Assembly (NCBI GenBank): GCA_023213395.1
Contig: CM041465.1
Coordinates: forward strand, 147,815,741-147,879,740
Direction: 5' to 3'
From: Cycas panzhihuaensis
Taxonomy: Eukaryota > Plantae > Cycadophyta
DNA length: 64,000 nucleotides
Of this stretch, positions 23,765 to 37,087 are shown piece after piece; within the stretch, counting starts at the first letter, position 1, and the number at the start of each line of letters is the position of its first letter. The notes beneath the pieces are model-generated. The model had not been told where the DNA came from, made no database searches, and was given only the letters and a program-made list of their open reading frames with translations. The translations under genes were made by a program, and so were the position numbers.

Positions 23765-24817
23765 TGATCCCAAAAGAGCTTAGTTGGTGAAGAAATCAAT
23801 TATCAACCTTTCCTCCTTGAGATCTTGGGAGTTAGTGTAGAAAGCTCAATAACATCAAAGCAACAATGAGCCCATGAAAGGAAAATTCTACACCAAATCA
23901 TTTATTCTTGACATTGATCCAAAAGTATGAGGAGTAATACTTTTTTTAAACCATGAAAATCTCCATTTAATGGTGGAGAAATCAACTAGCAAAAAAATGG
24001 TAAAATTACAAGGAATAAATGTAACAATTATACCATAAGGGGGACTCAAACCCTCCAAATGCTTCTCCAAGGATGCTTCCCAAGTCAAGTCTCTAAGAAC
24101 CACCTCTCCAAACTGTAGTAGGGCTCAATTTATAGAAAGAAACCAGAATTACATGTTTAACAAGTGGCAATCATGCAAGTATAACCACTAACCACCAGAA
24201 TGCATGTTGTCCAAGTGGCCTTCATGCAATTCTTAAAACATTGCAGCTTGTAACAGATCTTAACGTACTCCAATTTGGCTCAAATTTGGTACACGTATAG
24301 GAACGCATGTCCCTCAAATTTTCCTCAAATTTTCAGCTCATTTGGATGTCATTTGACTGCATTTTTATTCATTTAATAATAATATGTATTTGTTGTTTTT
24401 CTGCTGTCCAAGTGGCCTTCATGTAATTCTTAAAAGTTGCGGCTTGTAACTGACCTTAACGGACTCCAATTCAGCTCAAATTTGGTACACGTATAGGAAC
24501 GCATGTCTCCTCCGCTTCCTCAAAATTTTAGCTCATTTGGATGTCATTTGGCCATATTTCTATTCATATAATGATGATATATATTTTCTGTTTTTTCTGC
24601 TAGCTGTGGGATTAATTTTATGCAAAAACAAGGCTTGAACTCTAATCAAATGATATTTTCTGAACCCCACCTTTTGTACACATCTAGTGGGATGTGTCTT
24701 CTCCCTTTACACAAAATTTCATATGATTTTGATACCATTTGGCCATATCTCTTTCAAATATACCAATGCCTAGAATTTTCCGCATCCTGTAAACATATGG
24801 TAGATCCTCCTGGATCA
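23765..24817 (-). mobile_element. Solo LTR (1053 bp) inserted in gag of element D
   Basis: Inverted termini TGATCC...GGATCA; perfect TSD gttac (23760-23764 and 24818-24822); gag reading frame resumes after it. Confidence 0.93.
24205..24600. repeat. Tandem duplication (~197 bp period) inside the solo LTR
   Basis: tgtccaagtggccttcatg...gctcaaatttggtacacgtataggaacgcatgtc...agctcatttggatgtcatttg occurs twice. Confidence 0.92.
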
Positions 24818-26358
24818 GTTACTGACACCATTCTGTCTCATATAGCCGGCGCCGACACTCCCCATGAGGCATGGACCATTCTTAGGACTTTATATGCTCA
24901 AAAGAACACAACTCGTATTATGGTCCTAAAGAACCAAATGGCGGTTCTTAGGATGTCAAAATCGAAGGGCTTCACAACCTTTCTTGGATGTTTCAAAATG
25001 TTGTACGAGAACTTGGTATCTATGGGAGTCACCTACACTAATGGCGATCTTATTGACCTCGTAGTATACAAACTCCTAGCTCGCTTTAGAAACTTTGTCA
25101 CCTTGTACAAGTTGACAACAGAAATTATGCAGCCATCATTCACTACTGTATGTGGTCAACTCTTGCACCATGAGCAAACTGAAGCAAGCTTGGAAAATAA
25201 ACTAGAGAATGCTTTTTCCTCCAAAGTAACCATTCGAGGCAGGAGTGCCACCACCAAAGGAAGTAACCGAGGATCTGATCGAGGAAGAAGACGACCCACC
25301 GATTTCAATTTAGGAAGAGCATGATCTATTCCATGCCCTACCATGCCACAACCCATTCCTCGCCCTACAACATAAAAGCACTCAGGGGGTCACTTCAGTC
25401 ATCAAATCATCTGTTTCTACTGTGGCAAGGTAGGTCACTACACCACTGATTGTTGACACCGCAAAGCTGATATAGAAAGAGGGGTTATAACATCAGGGAG
25501 CTACTCGGGACAACGAGAAAAAAATGATTCATCTGAAGTGGAAGAATTTGTTGCAGCCCTCACCACGACCATGCACAACAAAGGTGAGGATGACTGGTTC
25601 ATAGACTTAGGAGCCTCCAAACACATGATTTACAAGAGATCCTAGTTCAACAACATGAACAACTCTTAAAACTCTAGATTAATCGAGCTTGGGGTCGACA
25701 CCACACATCCTATTCAAGGACACGAAACTGTTCCTGTTACCATGCCAGATGGAAACACAGAAAATGTTGGACGCATACTCTATGTTCCAGGAATGACAAA
25801 GAACCTACTCCCAGTCTTTCAAGTAACTGACAACAAACTTCAAGTCCTATTTGATGGTGACGGTTGTGTTATTTTTGACAAACACAAAGGGAACAAAGTA
25901 ATTGGTGAAGGCACCAAAACTCATGGATTGTACAAATTCCTTGCCACACGAACCCACTCTACCTTTTATGTAATGGAGCATGTTGATAATGAAAAACTCT
26001 GGCATTTGCAAAATGGTCATCTATCTTATAATAGTATGTCTTTGTTGAGTAAACATGATCTGGTGATTGGATTGCCTTGGATAAAGAAATCTAAATCTGT
26101 TTGTGACACATGCTTGATGGGCAAACAACATAAATTACAATTCTCTCCAAGCACAACCAGGGCTACATCCAAACTTTAGCTAATACATAGTGATCTTTGT
26201 GGGCCAATCACACCTCTTCTAGTGCACAAAGCTCGATATTACCTGACCTTCATAGATTATTGTACCAGAAAAACTTGGATTTACTTCCTCAAACTGAAAG
26301 CAAATGTATTTGACACCTTTCTCAAATTCAAAGTCAAAGTTGAAAAGGAAAGCAGATG

Positions 26359-26817
26359 CTACATGCTACAACGTCTTTGTGTTGCTCCTCTGTTTCTTCT
26401 ACCAGATGCTCTATCTTCATCTCCATCTAATTTGTGTCTTCAATCTTGTTTTGTTGTTCCCTTTGAATTGGTTTTGCTTCATATTCCTATAGGGATTTCT
26501 AAATCTCCCTATCAGCATTATGCTCTTCCTCCTCTTTTGTCTGTTCATCTACTTGCTTCGACTCTTTGGATTTTTCACATTTCTCATGTACCATTTGTTT
26601 CCATTGATGAGTTGCTATGTGGAATGCAGTTTGAAACCAAAACCAACTATTGAGTAATTTTGGTTTGCTAAACCAATTAATAAACCAACCAAGAGCTTCT
26701 CTTGTCAAGCAAAATTGAACATGTAGTTTGTAAATTTCAAGTTTTGTATCCAATGAGATTCCATAGCATGTGTCGACACGTTGTAGCCATTTAGTAATCG
26801 TCATGCTTCTACCTAGG
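26359..26817 (-). pseudogene. Gypsy gag-like fragment of the non-autonomous family also seen at ~51900-52340
   Basis: ORF 26499-26804 (WLQRV...LTREALGWF...SWFWFQTAF); ctaaaccaattaataaac..caagagc shared with 52193-52221. Confidence 0.6.
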
Positions 26818-26824
26818 TTCTCCC

Positions 26825-27178
26825 TAGTAGGCTCAATAATAAGAACTTCACGTAATTAGTGTTGGTTAGGAGATTCTAGCTAGAAGGTTCTAGTTAGGAG
26901 TTTCTAGAGGGAAAGTGTAGCTTTTGGAGGAAGTCACTAAGGGTAGTTTCTAGAACTAGTGAAAGAAAACATTGGTAGCACTCGAGAGAACAAGAGAGCA
27001 ATAACCATAATGTAGCACATACAAGAAGCCCTTATTTCTAATGGCCTGGGCTTAGCTCTAGAAACTCCTATTAGGGCTTCCTCAAGAAGCTACACTTTCC
27101 CTCCAGAAACTTCTAGTTAGAAGAGTAGAATCTCCTAAGCAGTGCTAATTACATAAATCCTTATTGTTGAACCTGCTA
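26825..27178. repeat. Foldback / MITE-like inverted repeat (~130 bp arms, ~90 bp spacer)
   Basis: Arms 26825-26959 and 27052-27178; perfect 17-bp core gagggaaagtgtagctt (26907-26923) / aagctacactttccctc (27087-27103). Confidence 0.88.
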
Positions 27179-27865
27179 AGAACACCCCCAGAATGCTAAC
27201 TAGAATCCCCTATACTAATTTATTTTACGCCCACTAGGGAACCCTACAGCCCCCTGCCCCCCAGCCTCTGGGTTCATAACAGTTTACTTCTATCTCAATC
27301 TAATTTTCATTTAGTCAGTGTGCTATTTGGGATATGCATTTGAAGCAATTATGGTTGCTATTATCAAGTTTAGCCAATGTTCATGGAAACTTTGTAACCT
27401 TGATTTTTTAGTACTTCTCAGTAAGCGTCTTCAGTTGTATATCAAACAAATTTTCATCAAGTTGTACCTGTGCTGCTTGATTATAAATGGTTGGCTTTTG
27501 CAATTGAAGTATATTCAAGCAACATTAGGTGCAGTAGTTTGCTTTTCCCTCTTTTCAAAACCCAGTTGTGTGTAAACCTCTGAATTGTGCTTTGGTAAAA
27601 CATGCTAACTAAATTTTCAAGTTTTGTGCTTTAATTTTCCAAGTGATGGCTTAGCCAACGAGCCCTATCTGTGTTTCAGATAGGCACCCATGTGTTGCGT
27701 CTTTATAATGTAAAAGATTGTAACTATTTGGTCTGCGAATTTCTTTTCTAAAATTCGGTGAGAAATTTGGTAGTGAAAACTAGACAATGAGGTTGTTATT
27801 TTGGAACAGGTCTTCTAATAAATGGTTTGGATTCTCATTCTGGTTTGTTATGGACTTGATATCAG

Positions 27866-28789
27866 AGTTACGCCTGTTAAAGATGAAGTGGACGATGACT
27901 CTATGGTGGTTGTTGGAACCACTCGTTCAAATCGTCTTGTGAGTTTGATGTTTTTACTTTTGTATAGTTAAAAGTGGAAGCAAATGCGGCTGTTAAGGAT
28001 ATATAGTTTTGAAAGACACGGTTACAAAGTTTACATTTCAAAGGATATTTATATCTGGGCACATAGATGCACCTTTGAGCTAGTCAATTGGAAAGGTTAG
28101 ACCTAGTGATTAAATTAACAATTGTAGTTGTGAAGCTCTTACAAAGTTGATTTTGTATGTGTAGGTGAGACAAGTGAGATGGAAAGTTGCTTATTCATGT
28201 CAACAAAAGGAACCTAAACCATCTTCATCAGACGAACCTCAGTCCAATGGGAAATCAACTAGAACAAGAAGGAAAAGAAGGATTGAAGGTAACATTCCAA
28301 AAAGAAAAAGACGAGGAAACTGCTATTGTTAATAATTATCCCATCTTCTCTTGTAATGGCTCTATAGGATCTTCTGGAAACAAAGATATTCAGTCTGGCT
28401 TATATGTAATCAGGAAACCTGATGAACAAGTCCCAATGGTATGTGCAACAGGCTCTGCAGCAGCTTTGGATAACTGTATATCTAGTTTAGAAGGAAGTGC
28501 ATCTGTACTTAGATCCACATTTCTTGAAAGTATGCGTGAACATAAGACTGCCAAGAAAGAAGATTATAGAGGAAATGCAGTTGGTAACTCAGACTCAGAT
28601 TATCATAACTCCAGTGAACGTTATGGTGGAAATGACTATCATTACATGAGTTGTCTAGGGTCTTTTAAGTTTTTCTACAGACGCCGAAGAAAACAAATAT
28701 GTGCCAGCAATGATCTGGCAGTGGATATCCCATCCAACAATTCATTACCTGCAAGGTCACCCATTTTGCATTCACATACCGTCTGCTGA
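27866..28789 (+). other. Putative exons of an unidentified host gene or pseudogene
   Basis: ag|27866-27938|gtgagt and gtag|28165 splice in frame to VTPVKDEVDDDSMVVVGTTRSNRL-VRQVRWKVAYSCQQKEPKPSSSDEPQSNGKSTRTRRKRR; overlapping 200-aa ORF 28187-28789; T-rich intron-like flanks; no TE motifs. Confidence 0.4.
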
Positions 28790-29872
28790 TATGTATCGAG
28801 CTGCTTCTAAAGCAGTATAAGAGGAACCATATTCAGAACTATGGCACAATGTTTTTGGCAGCATGTGCATGTGCCGCTACTACTACAACTGTGGGACATA
28901 ATCTATTGAGAAAAATGGTACAAGTTTGTCTGAAAAATCCTGACTTCTAGGTGCATGTGTATAGACTGAGAATCAAAAATTCTTACTCGGAAGCCTGCTA
29001 ATTCAGTTCCAGTGTACAAATATGCTACATATAATTTTTGGGTTGACAAGTTTTGCTCAATGGACCAGATTTATTGACAACAAACCAAAAGTCTATTCCT
29101 CTTATTGACATGGAAGCATACTTTGGAACTGCTTAATAGTGCAATTTCCAAGAAGAAATGGGGTTATAGATCATCAGGGAACAGGTTTGTTGTTTGCAGC
29201 TGTGGTAAGGAGTTGAAGACTGTATGGTGTGGATGCAATATGTGGTTGAAGTAGTTTTACGGGTTATATTCAAAGAGCAATTATTTTATCAGCTATGGCT
29301 GCTAAATCTGATTCAGATTCTGGTTGTAAAATGATCACATTATTAAAACCACGATGTTATATGTCGTTTAAAGAACAAAGGACAGATTTTGAAACAACTG
29401 AATCTTTTTATTTTTGATTCATCAAGGAGCCGAGGTGTTTTTTGAAAGGTGAGAGATCCTCTCTTAAATCAGAAATCTTCTCTTCTGCTTCTGCACAAGT
29501 ATTCAGGGACATCTGTTGTCAAGAATCTTTACTGAGGAGTAAAGAATTTATTGTGTAAATTCTCTGCTTTCATTTTGAAGGAAGCTCGCAAGAAATTGGC
29601 CATGGCGTGTCTATCTTCCTATTCGGAATACCTACTCCATTGTGGTCCATTTTAGACTTATTCTTGGCAGTGTTGCCTCTGTATTTTGTTGGTCGAGTGT
29701 ATAGTGCACCCAAGTGCTGTGTAAAACTTAAGAGGGAAGCATTGCATCTGCACGGACATCAGGGTATGCCTGTTACTTGTTTTTACATTCCTTGAATATT
29801 ATGATAAACATCCTTACCTCTTCTTATCTTTAGCTACTTATGGCTTCATATTTTTTGTCTCCATTTTTAATG

Positions 29873-30333
29873 TTCCTATATTGCTACTTTCCTTAATAAG
29901 AAAGATCATCCAGCAAGAAGTTTTGTGGTATTTCTGTTGTGTTAATACTTCTTTTAATGTCAGCAAACATCTGATTGGATTATTTCCTGTTCATGTTCTA
30001 ACATTCTTTTTTATTTCCCAAGTGTAGGCCTTTCAAATGAATTATAAGAAATAAGCAATCCAAATGTCATTGTCTTTTGGTGCCATTTTTTCTTAGCTAT
30101 TTCTTGCTTTGTTTAAGAAAGTTTCCTATATTGTCATTTTCCCTAGGAAGAATGAAAGATTTATTCCTTTCTAATCATACATCCAGCATGAAGTTTGTGA
30201 TATTTCCCCTGCTGTAATACTTTATTTAATGTTGGAAAACATTGGACTGGAATAGTTCCTGTTCATATTCAAACAATATCCATAATTGATTGAGCATAGC
30301 CTTTTTGAATGATTCGAGGTAAATAATTCCAAT
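29873..30333. repeat. Diverged tandem duplication (~250-270 bp period) in intron-like DNA
   Basis: ttcctatattg...catccagca.gaagttt...taatactt...ttaatgt...ttcctgttcat.ttc from 29873 and 30123. Confidence 0.75.
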
Positions 30334-33300
30334 ACCCGTGAACAGCATCTGTATTGCATCAGAGATGCTCTTGAACATAACAAAGGTTTCAACTCAGTCT
30401 GTTACCTTCGCTCTAGCAGTTAATTATTAAAGTTGCATGTTCCTACTAGGGGAAAAGTGTTTAGTCTTCATTCTTTCCTAATATGTTTCAGAAGAATATG
30501 CAGAGACAGACTAGGCCCAATTGTGGATGTCTCAAAATAAGTTCACATGTGATAAGTAACTATGGCCATCTTATTTTTTAATTGACTAACATCTTATCAG
30601 TTACATGCATTAAAAAAGTTTATAAATGCATTAGGATATGCTATTCAGACAATTTACTGTTGTTCTAAGCACGAGTGCCATACAATGGTCATGCGATTAT
30701 GCAACTATATGGTCTATGAGCATTTTGCACAGCCCTATCTTCATGGGAAGACACATTGGATATTACAAATATGTGCAACAAATTACAGCAGCATGCAAAA
30801 TTTTAGTTTGCATTCAAGTAGTGGTTGTAATTGTCTCTTCTACCATTGTCAAGATCTGCAATGTTGTGGAAGTAGTTGTGCCTTGCTGCCCTTCTGGGTT
30901 ACACTTAATTACTTAATCCTGCAGGGCAGAATGGCCCTTTTAATTTTTTCTTCTTTGGTGGACATTTTTGTGAGATGCTCTTGGGTATGTTGATTCTGAA
31001 GAACTGAGGAAATAAGCATCTCCTGTTGAGCTAGCAGGTATTTGCCTAACCATCAAGTTTCTTTGTTTATAAAACCAATGAGGAAGACTCTTTTTCCTTT
31101 CTTCTGTATAAGTTTGCTATATAACTAAAACAGCCAGCCCATATCATCGTGGAGATTGCCTTTTAAATTCAGATTGTGACAATTATATATTGAATTTGCT
31201 TTGAAAGACTAGTGTTACTGAGTTTTCGATTGAATTTTATCCACTCTGGTCTCTGATGAGGTCAACAGGAAGTAATAGCCATCGAAGCTGATAAATGTTT
31301 ACCCATCAGGTCCCTCGATGTTTTAGTCACGCTCTTCATCAGTTATGTGCTTTGTTCTGTAAATTATTTCATTAAAACTTTCCTTTGTCTTGCAACAATT
31401 GTTCATCAGTTATGTTTGTTTTCTCTAGTTGCTTCCTTGTTTCTTTTAGACCATCATATATAAATGCAATGCTACTTGTAGTTTTGAGTGTTTGTTCTGA
31501 ATGCTTGCCGTACTTTTCCATCTATTATGTGCCTTGTAGGGTATAAGTGGGCCTGAACATTTCTGCCTTGTCTTGGATCATTTCTGACATTGGTAGTGTT
31601 TGACATGAGCTCATTCAGTTTTCCTTTTTGAGTTACCAAAAAGTGTTCAGAGATCTTTTCATAGCCGTGGTTGGCCTTTTAGTGTTGCTGTTCTGTTCTG
31701 ATACTAGTATTACTAACTTATATTTTGGTAGCAAATGGAACTGTACAATTTCAAATAAGAAAGTGAACAGATAACTCATGAGATTCTGAGCACTGAGATT
31801 CTGACCATTGTGTTTCAGCTTGCAGATGGAAGGATGATCAATGTACATGTTGTTTGGTTCATAAGATTTTTATTGCATCTGAGCTTTCTTGGCATATCAG
31901 CTTGAACTGTATGTTTATTCAAACTGTACAGGTGGATGCCCTGGTCTTCCCTAGATTGCTAGCTTCTTCAATGAGTAACACATGCATCATGTAAACTCTC
32001 ATAGGAATGTATTTTCATTCATATGTATGATATAGTCATGTTGATTAACTTTAGAATGGCTCAATTCAATGATGTGTTGATATAGTATTCTGGAGGTGAT
32101 AGGCATTCACAGTCAACAGTAGTTGTATGCCACCTGGAGGCTTACCGTGTGCTTTATTTATTAGGGTATAGTTAAGCGAAGTGTTTCTGGTTCATGCATT
32201 TTGCTTTTCTTGATGTTGGTCATTTGGAAGACCCTAGTTTCAAACAATATGAAGTGGTAGTGCAACAAAGAGTGCATAGAGTGTCCCCAATCTATCTAAA
32301 TATGTACACACAGGTATCAGTAGTCTAGTAACCGATTATAGCAAAGCTCAACAAATGGCTTGTGACAAAGGGCTGAAATCTTGTCACATGTATCAGTACT
32401 TATGTACTTTGTTTTAAGTTTGCGGTATGGTGTGCTGAGTTATCCATGTATCATGCAACACTAAAACCAAAATATACCTTCTGTGTATAATAAATATGAA
32501 ATTGTTATGTGAAAACCCCTCTAAAACATTTGGAACTTGCACATGCTCAAAATATTGTTGCTACATAAGTCACTGAAATTATTCCAATGAAATAGATTGT
32601 TTCTAAAAAGTTTTCAATTGGAGCTTACCCCTACACTCTTGCTCTATCCAAGTTCTATGGCAGAGGCTAGCACAAAGCAAATGGTTGGCTTGGTGTCTAA
32701 GCTTATAAGACTTATTGGATGGCCTAACCCAGGATGGAAACACATCTCTGCAGATTTTGTTCATGGGGCATGGATACCTTGAAGGCCAATGATAATTAAT
32801 TTGTGATTTGAAAATGTGTTTTTTCTCTTTTTTTTCAACCTAATAAAAGTAAAGTTAAAATTTGACCAGCAATTGGTTGGTGTTGAAGAGCAGTTGAAAG
32901 ACATTAACCTGTTAAGAGTAATGTTTTATCTATACATTATAATACTTCTCTAATGTACTTTTATGAGGGCTATCTGTCATTCTCTCTTCTCTTCACTTGT
33001 GATAAATGGCGCATATGCATTCCGCTTTGTCTAAGACTCATGTAGATTGTATTGTATTTGTAGAGGGTTCTCCCTCATTAATGAAATCAATCCATTAAGA
33101 GTTTAACATGGTATCAGGGCAAGGTTAATTGTTTGCTTGTACGCAAATTCAATAAAAATTTTGGAAAGAGGAGTCTAATAATTTTTTTCTGAGATAGATT
33201 GAAGGAGGTTGAGTCCAATAGGGTTTCTTTCTAAAGAAGATTGAAGGAGATTGTTAATACTCAAACTGTTAGGTGAACAAGATTTGTGCAGGGTACAGAC

Positions 33301-34161
33301 GAAATATGGATTGTATAGATTATTTTTGTAAGGTGCTCAGAATCAACTGAAATTTCACTAGCAAGGTTGTATTAGTAAGGCCGTCAACTTTCTCTGAAGG
33401 CTCGATTGAAGATAAGCTCGTTTTGAAGTTGTTTTAACCTAGTTTTAGAGGGCGTGGGTTTGCAAAAACAATCACAAATTTTATTTGATCTGCACAATAT
33501 TTTTAGGTAATATTTGTCTTAAAATTCTCCTCTCATTAATATGAATCTTTTGAGACTAGTTTCGAAGACTCTTGTTGAAGATTTTGAAAGTTATGAGTGT
33601 TTTTCTCCAAAAATCCTTGCCGCTAGTTAAAATTTTGATCTGAGTTTTTATTCAAATTTGAGAAGTTTTTCATGTTTTTTCTTAAGATTCAGAATCTACA
33701 TTTCAAGGGCTTTCATTTGCACCATTTTTCTTTTAATTCTCTACACTTGCAATTTTCCATACAATTCATCCTCATGGGGATGGGTGGATTGGTAAGATGT
33801 GGCGATTACCAAGAAGAGATCTAAGTTCAAAACTCATGAGTGCAAGTCACTTCACAGGGAAGTAGTCTAACCAGCGTCTACTGCTGCAAAGAAAGTAGTC
33901 CAATCAAAGTCCGTTGAGTGTGCGCCAGTTATATGATAGCAATATGAATTCCAAGCGTAGCCAGTACAAAGACGGTATGAAAACCTAGATTCCAAGGGTC
34001 CTCCTTCCTTCAGGACTTTGTACTAAGGGTGGCTAAAGGTTCTCCTCTAGATATCAAAAAATAAAAAATAAAAATTCCACAAAGTTTCGTATGATGTACG
34101 GTCGTATGGTCTATAAGGACAGTTGCAAAGATTTTTATTTCTCAATCTTATTAAATTAAGA

Positions 34162-36143
34162 ATGGCCTCTTTTGTAGTAGCATTTGCTGATGCAGATGAA
34201 TTCAAGGAAACTAATTTTAACATTTGAAAAATCAAAATAAAGAGACTTTTGAGAGCAAAAAATGCATGGAAAATAGCAACTAGAGAGGAGAAGAAACTTA
34301 CAAATATTGGTGATTAGATAAGGTGGGAAGAAAGAAATAATATAACTATTGCCATTATCAAACTGTTGATTTTTTATTCACTTTGGTCCTATGTAGATGG
34401 TGTAGAAACGTCTTTAGAAATCTGGAAAGTGGTGACTTTTTATTTAGTCAAAAGAATAAGGTTAGAATACTTGCCTAAAGGAAGAATTGTATAAACTTAG
34501 AATGAGAGAAAGTCTATTTCTGAATTTGTTGCAAAAGTGAACAATGTCAAAAATAATCTTATTACAATTGAAGATAAGATTACAGACATAGAACTAGTTT
34601 ACCTGGTATTGAATAAATTGACTAAATCATTTGACAACATGGTCAATATATTGACAGGAGGAGGTCAAACTACAAAAATGACCTTTAAAGCCCTAACAAG
34701 GTATATCTTAAATTAGGAATAAAGAAATAAAAGATATGAAGAAAATATAGAAATTGAAGTTTTTGTATCCAAACTCAACTTGGGTGGAGGATGTAGACAA
34801 CCCACTTTTTGTGGACGTGGCAGAACATCTCTAATAGGCACTAGAAGATGTTGGTCAAAAGAAAGAGGTTGAGCAAGGTCTTCACCTCCAAGAGACTTCA
34901 AAGTTTGCTTCAATTGTGGAAGACTTGGTCATTTTTCAAGTAATTGCAGAGCTTTTGATGTATGCTATCACTACGAACAATCTAAACATTTTCCTTATCA
35001 ATGGCCACAAAGACGTGCCAAAATTCAAAGAGGAAAGCGGTAACATGGCATTACAACAATGAGCGGGGTATAGTGGAAGATGAAGTTAAAACAACCTTTG
35101 TGGTTGCTCTTGTTGCTAGGTCCAAAGTAACAAATGACTAGTATGTTGATTCAGGAGTCTCTAATCACATGACAGGCAGAAGAGAATGGTTTGAAATCTT
35201 GAAACCATATCTATCTAATAGATCTATTGAATTAGGTAACAATTATCCTCTTCACATACATGGAATTGGGATAATTGCTGTTGAAATTGATGGAAAAATA
35301 CAGAAAATTGTAAATGTTTTTTTTGTACCAAGAATGAAAAAGAATCTGTTGTCTGTGTCTCAGTTAGGGAAAAAGAAACTAATGATTATATTTAATGAAA
35401 ATAGACATTGTTTTATTATAGACATGAAGATGAATGATGCAATTACAAAAATGATAGAGTGTAACAATATTTATAAGTTGCTCTCTACGCCTATTTTGCC
35501 TAGAAAAGGTCTTACTATGCCTCAATCTGATGTAAACTCTGTTGTTATTTTAAGTTGTAATGATAATAACATTTGGCATTTGAAGTATGGGCACATCTCA
35601 AAAGATAGGTTAAAATTATAAAAAAATTCAAACATGGTGAATGTACTACTAAATATGTCTTTTAATTCTTGTGTGTAAAAGTTGCAGGATGGAAAACCAA
35701 CACAGGACTCCATTTTCAATAAGCACATAGTATGCACAAAACAAACTGGAGTTGGTTCACACAGATCTCTGTGGTCCCATTACACCAAGTTCTTTGAATG
35801 GAGTTTGGTATTTTCTTACTTTCATTGATGATTTTTTCTAGAAAAACTTAGATATATTTTCTGTTTAGCAAATTTGAGGTGTTTGACCGCTTTAAGGAAT
35901 TTAAAACAGAGATAGAATTAGAAAGTAACAATAAAATCAAATGCTTTCGCTCTAATGGTGGGGGTGAATACATGCTAAAAAAATTCTATCTTTTTTGCAA
36001 AACATATGGATTATGTAGATAAATAACTACACCTTAGCACAATCAAATGGTATAGCAGAACGAAAGAATAGGACTATACTGGAAATGGTTCAGTGTTTGA
36101 TTCAAGATAGGTAAGTTATTAAAACATGCTAGATAGAGATAGT
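34162..36143 (+). pseudogene. gag-pol: Copia E gag-protease-integrase 5' part
   Basis: CFNCGRLGHFSSNC; VDSGVSNHMTG; IWHLKYGH; VHTDLCGP; many stops. Confidence 0.88.
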
Positions 36144-37087
36144 TATTAGAATATAATGTTTTATCCTATGAACATTAAAGAAAGTGGGCAATGTGTTTAA
36201 GACCCTCATTACATTTAATTCATATGTTTAATGTAATAACTATGTAATAGTTACAAAGTCTGTTGTATATAAAGGAGGTTTCCCTCTATTAATAATCAAG
36301 AGAAATATTCTATTCTTCCTCATTGTTAAGGGTCTGATTTTTACATTGTATTAGAGGAGGGAAATTTGCCTGCCTGAAGAGGAATAGCCAAAGTATTGTT
36401 GTAGTGTTTGAAAGAGGATATCAATATTCGAAGACAAAGATTGATTCAAAACTTTGAGAGAAAGATCGAAAAAGCTCAGAAGACTAAAAAACTGCAGAAA
36501 TTTCTCTGTATGGAACCGTACAGACTTGTACGAATGATTTTTTGAAGGTTGTCATAATTCAATAAAACTTGACCAGATTGAAGATCACATCAAGGATGTC
36601 ACTTTCTTCAACTAGGTTGAATCCATCCGAAGTCATCTTGAGGCAATTTTGCTTCTCTAAACAATTTATGCGAATTTGGGGTTTTCTCAATAAATTTCTC
36701 TCAAAATCCTTTGAGTTGTTGGGTAAAATTGATTCCAAACTCTATGTTTGTGCATTACTAAGATATTAAGACCGATTTCGAAGATTATTTCTCTAGATTT
36801 GAAGATTTTAAAGCAATTTTCCCAAAAACCTTAGCCATTGGTTTTGCTTTTTAGGCCTATTTTCTCCCAAACGAGAAACTAACTCCAAAATTTAATTGCA
36901 GATCTAAACTCGACTCGAAAAACTCATCGATTTGAGATACTCTTTTCTTCAATCCATACACTTTGATTTTTGTACAGAAATCTATACACTTTGATTAGTT
37001 TGACACTATTTGTAGGCATCAATTTCTCTGATATTCACTCTTTTGACTCTGTTAGTCCTTTTGAATTTGCCCTGAACTAGGTTAATC

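Larger units (their letters stand above)
22228..26358 (+). mobile_element. Copia element D, 3'-truncated in integrase; 5' LTR 22228-22466
   Basis: tgttagaa...tagca followed by perfect PBS tggtatcagagc (22467-22478); interrupts the preceding gag. Confidence 0.9.
23556..26358 (+). pseudogene. gag-pol: Copia D gag-protease-integrase (partial)
   Basis: KLTGDNHESWKTKMRSIL; TPHEAWTILRTLY; CFYCGKVGH; WFIDLGASKHM; LWHLQNGH; YYLTFIDYCTRKTWIYFLK; ends at EKESRC. Confidence 0.92.

Noticed and set aside
31252-31345. ctgatgag as a hammerhead ribozyme core or snoRNA C box
   Set aside because: No stem II closed by GAAA and no stems I/III; no convincing terminal stem or guide sequence.
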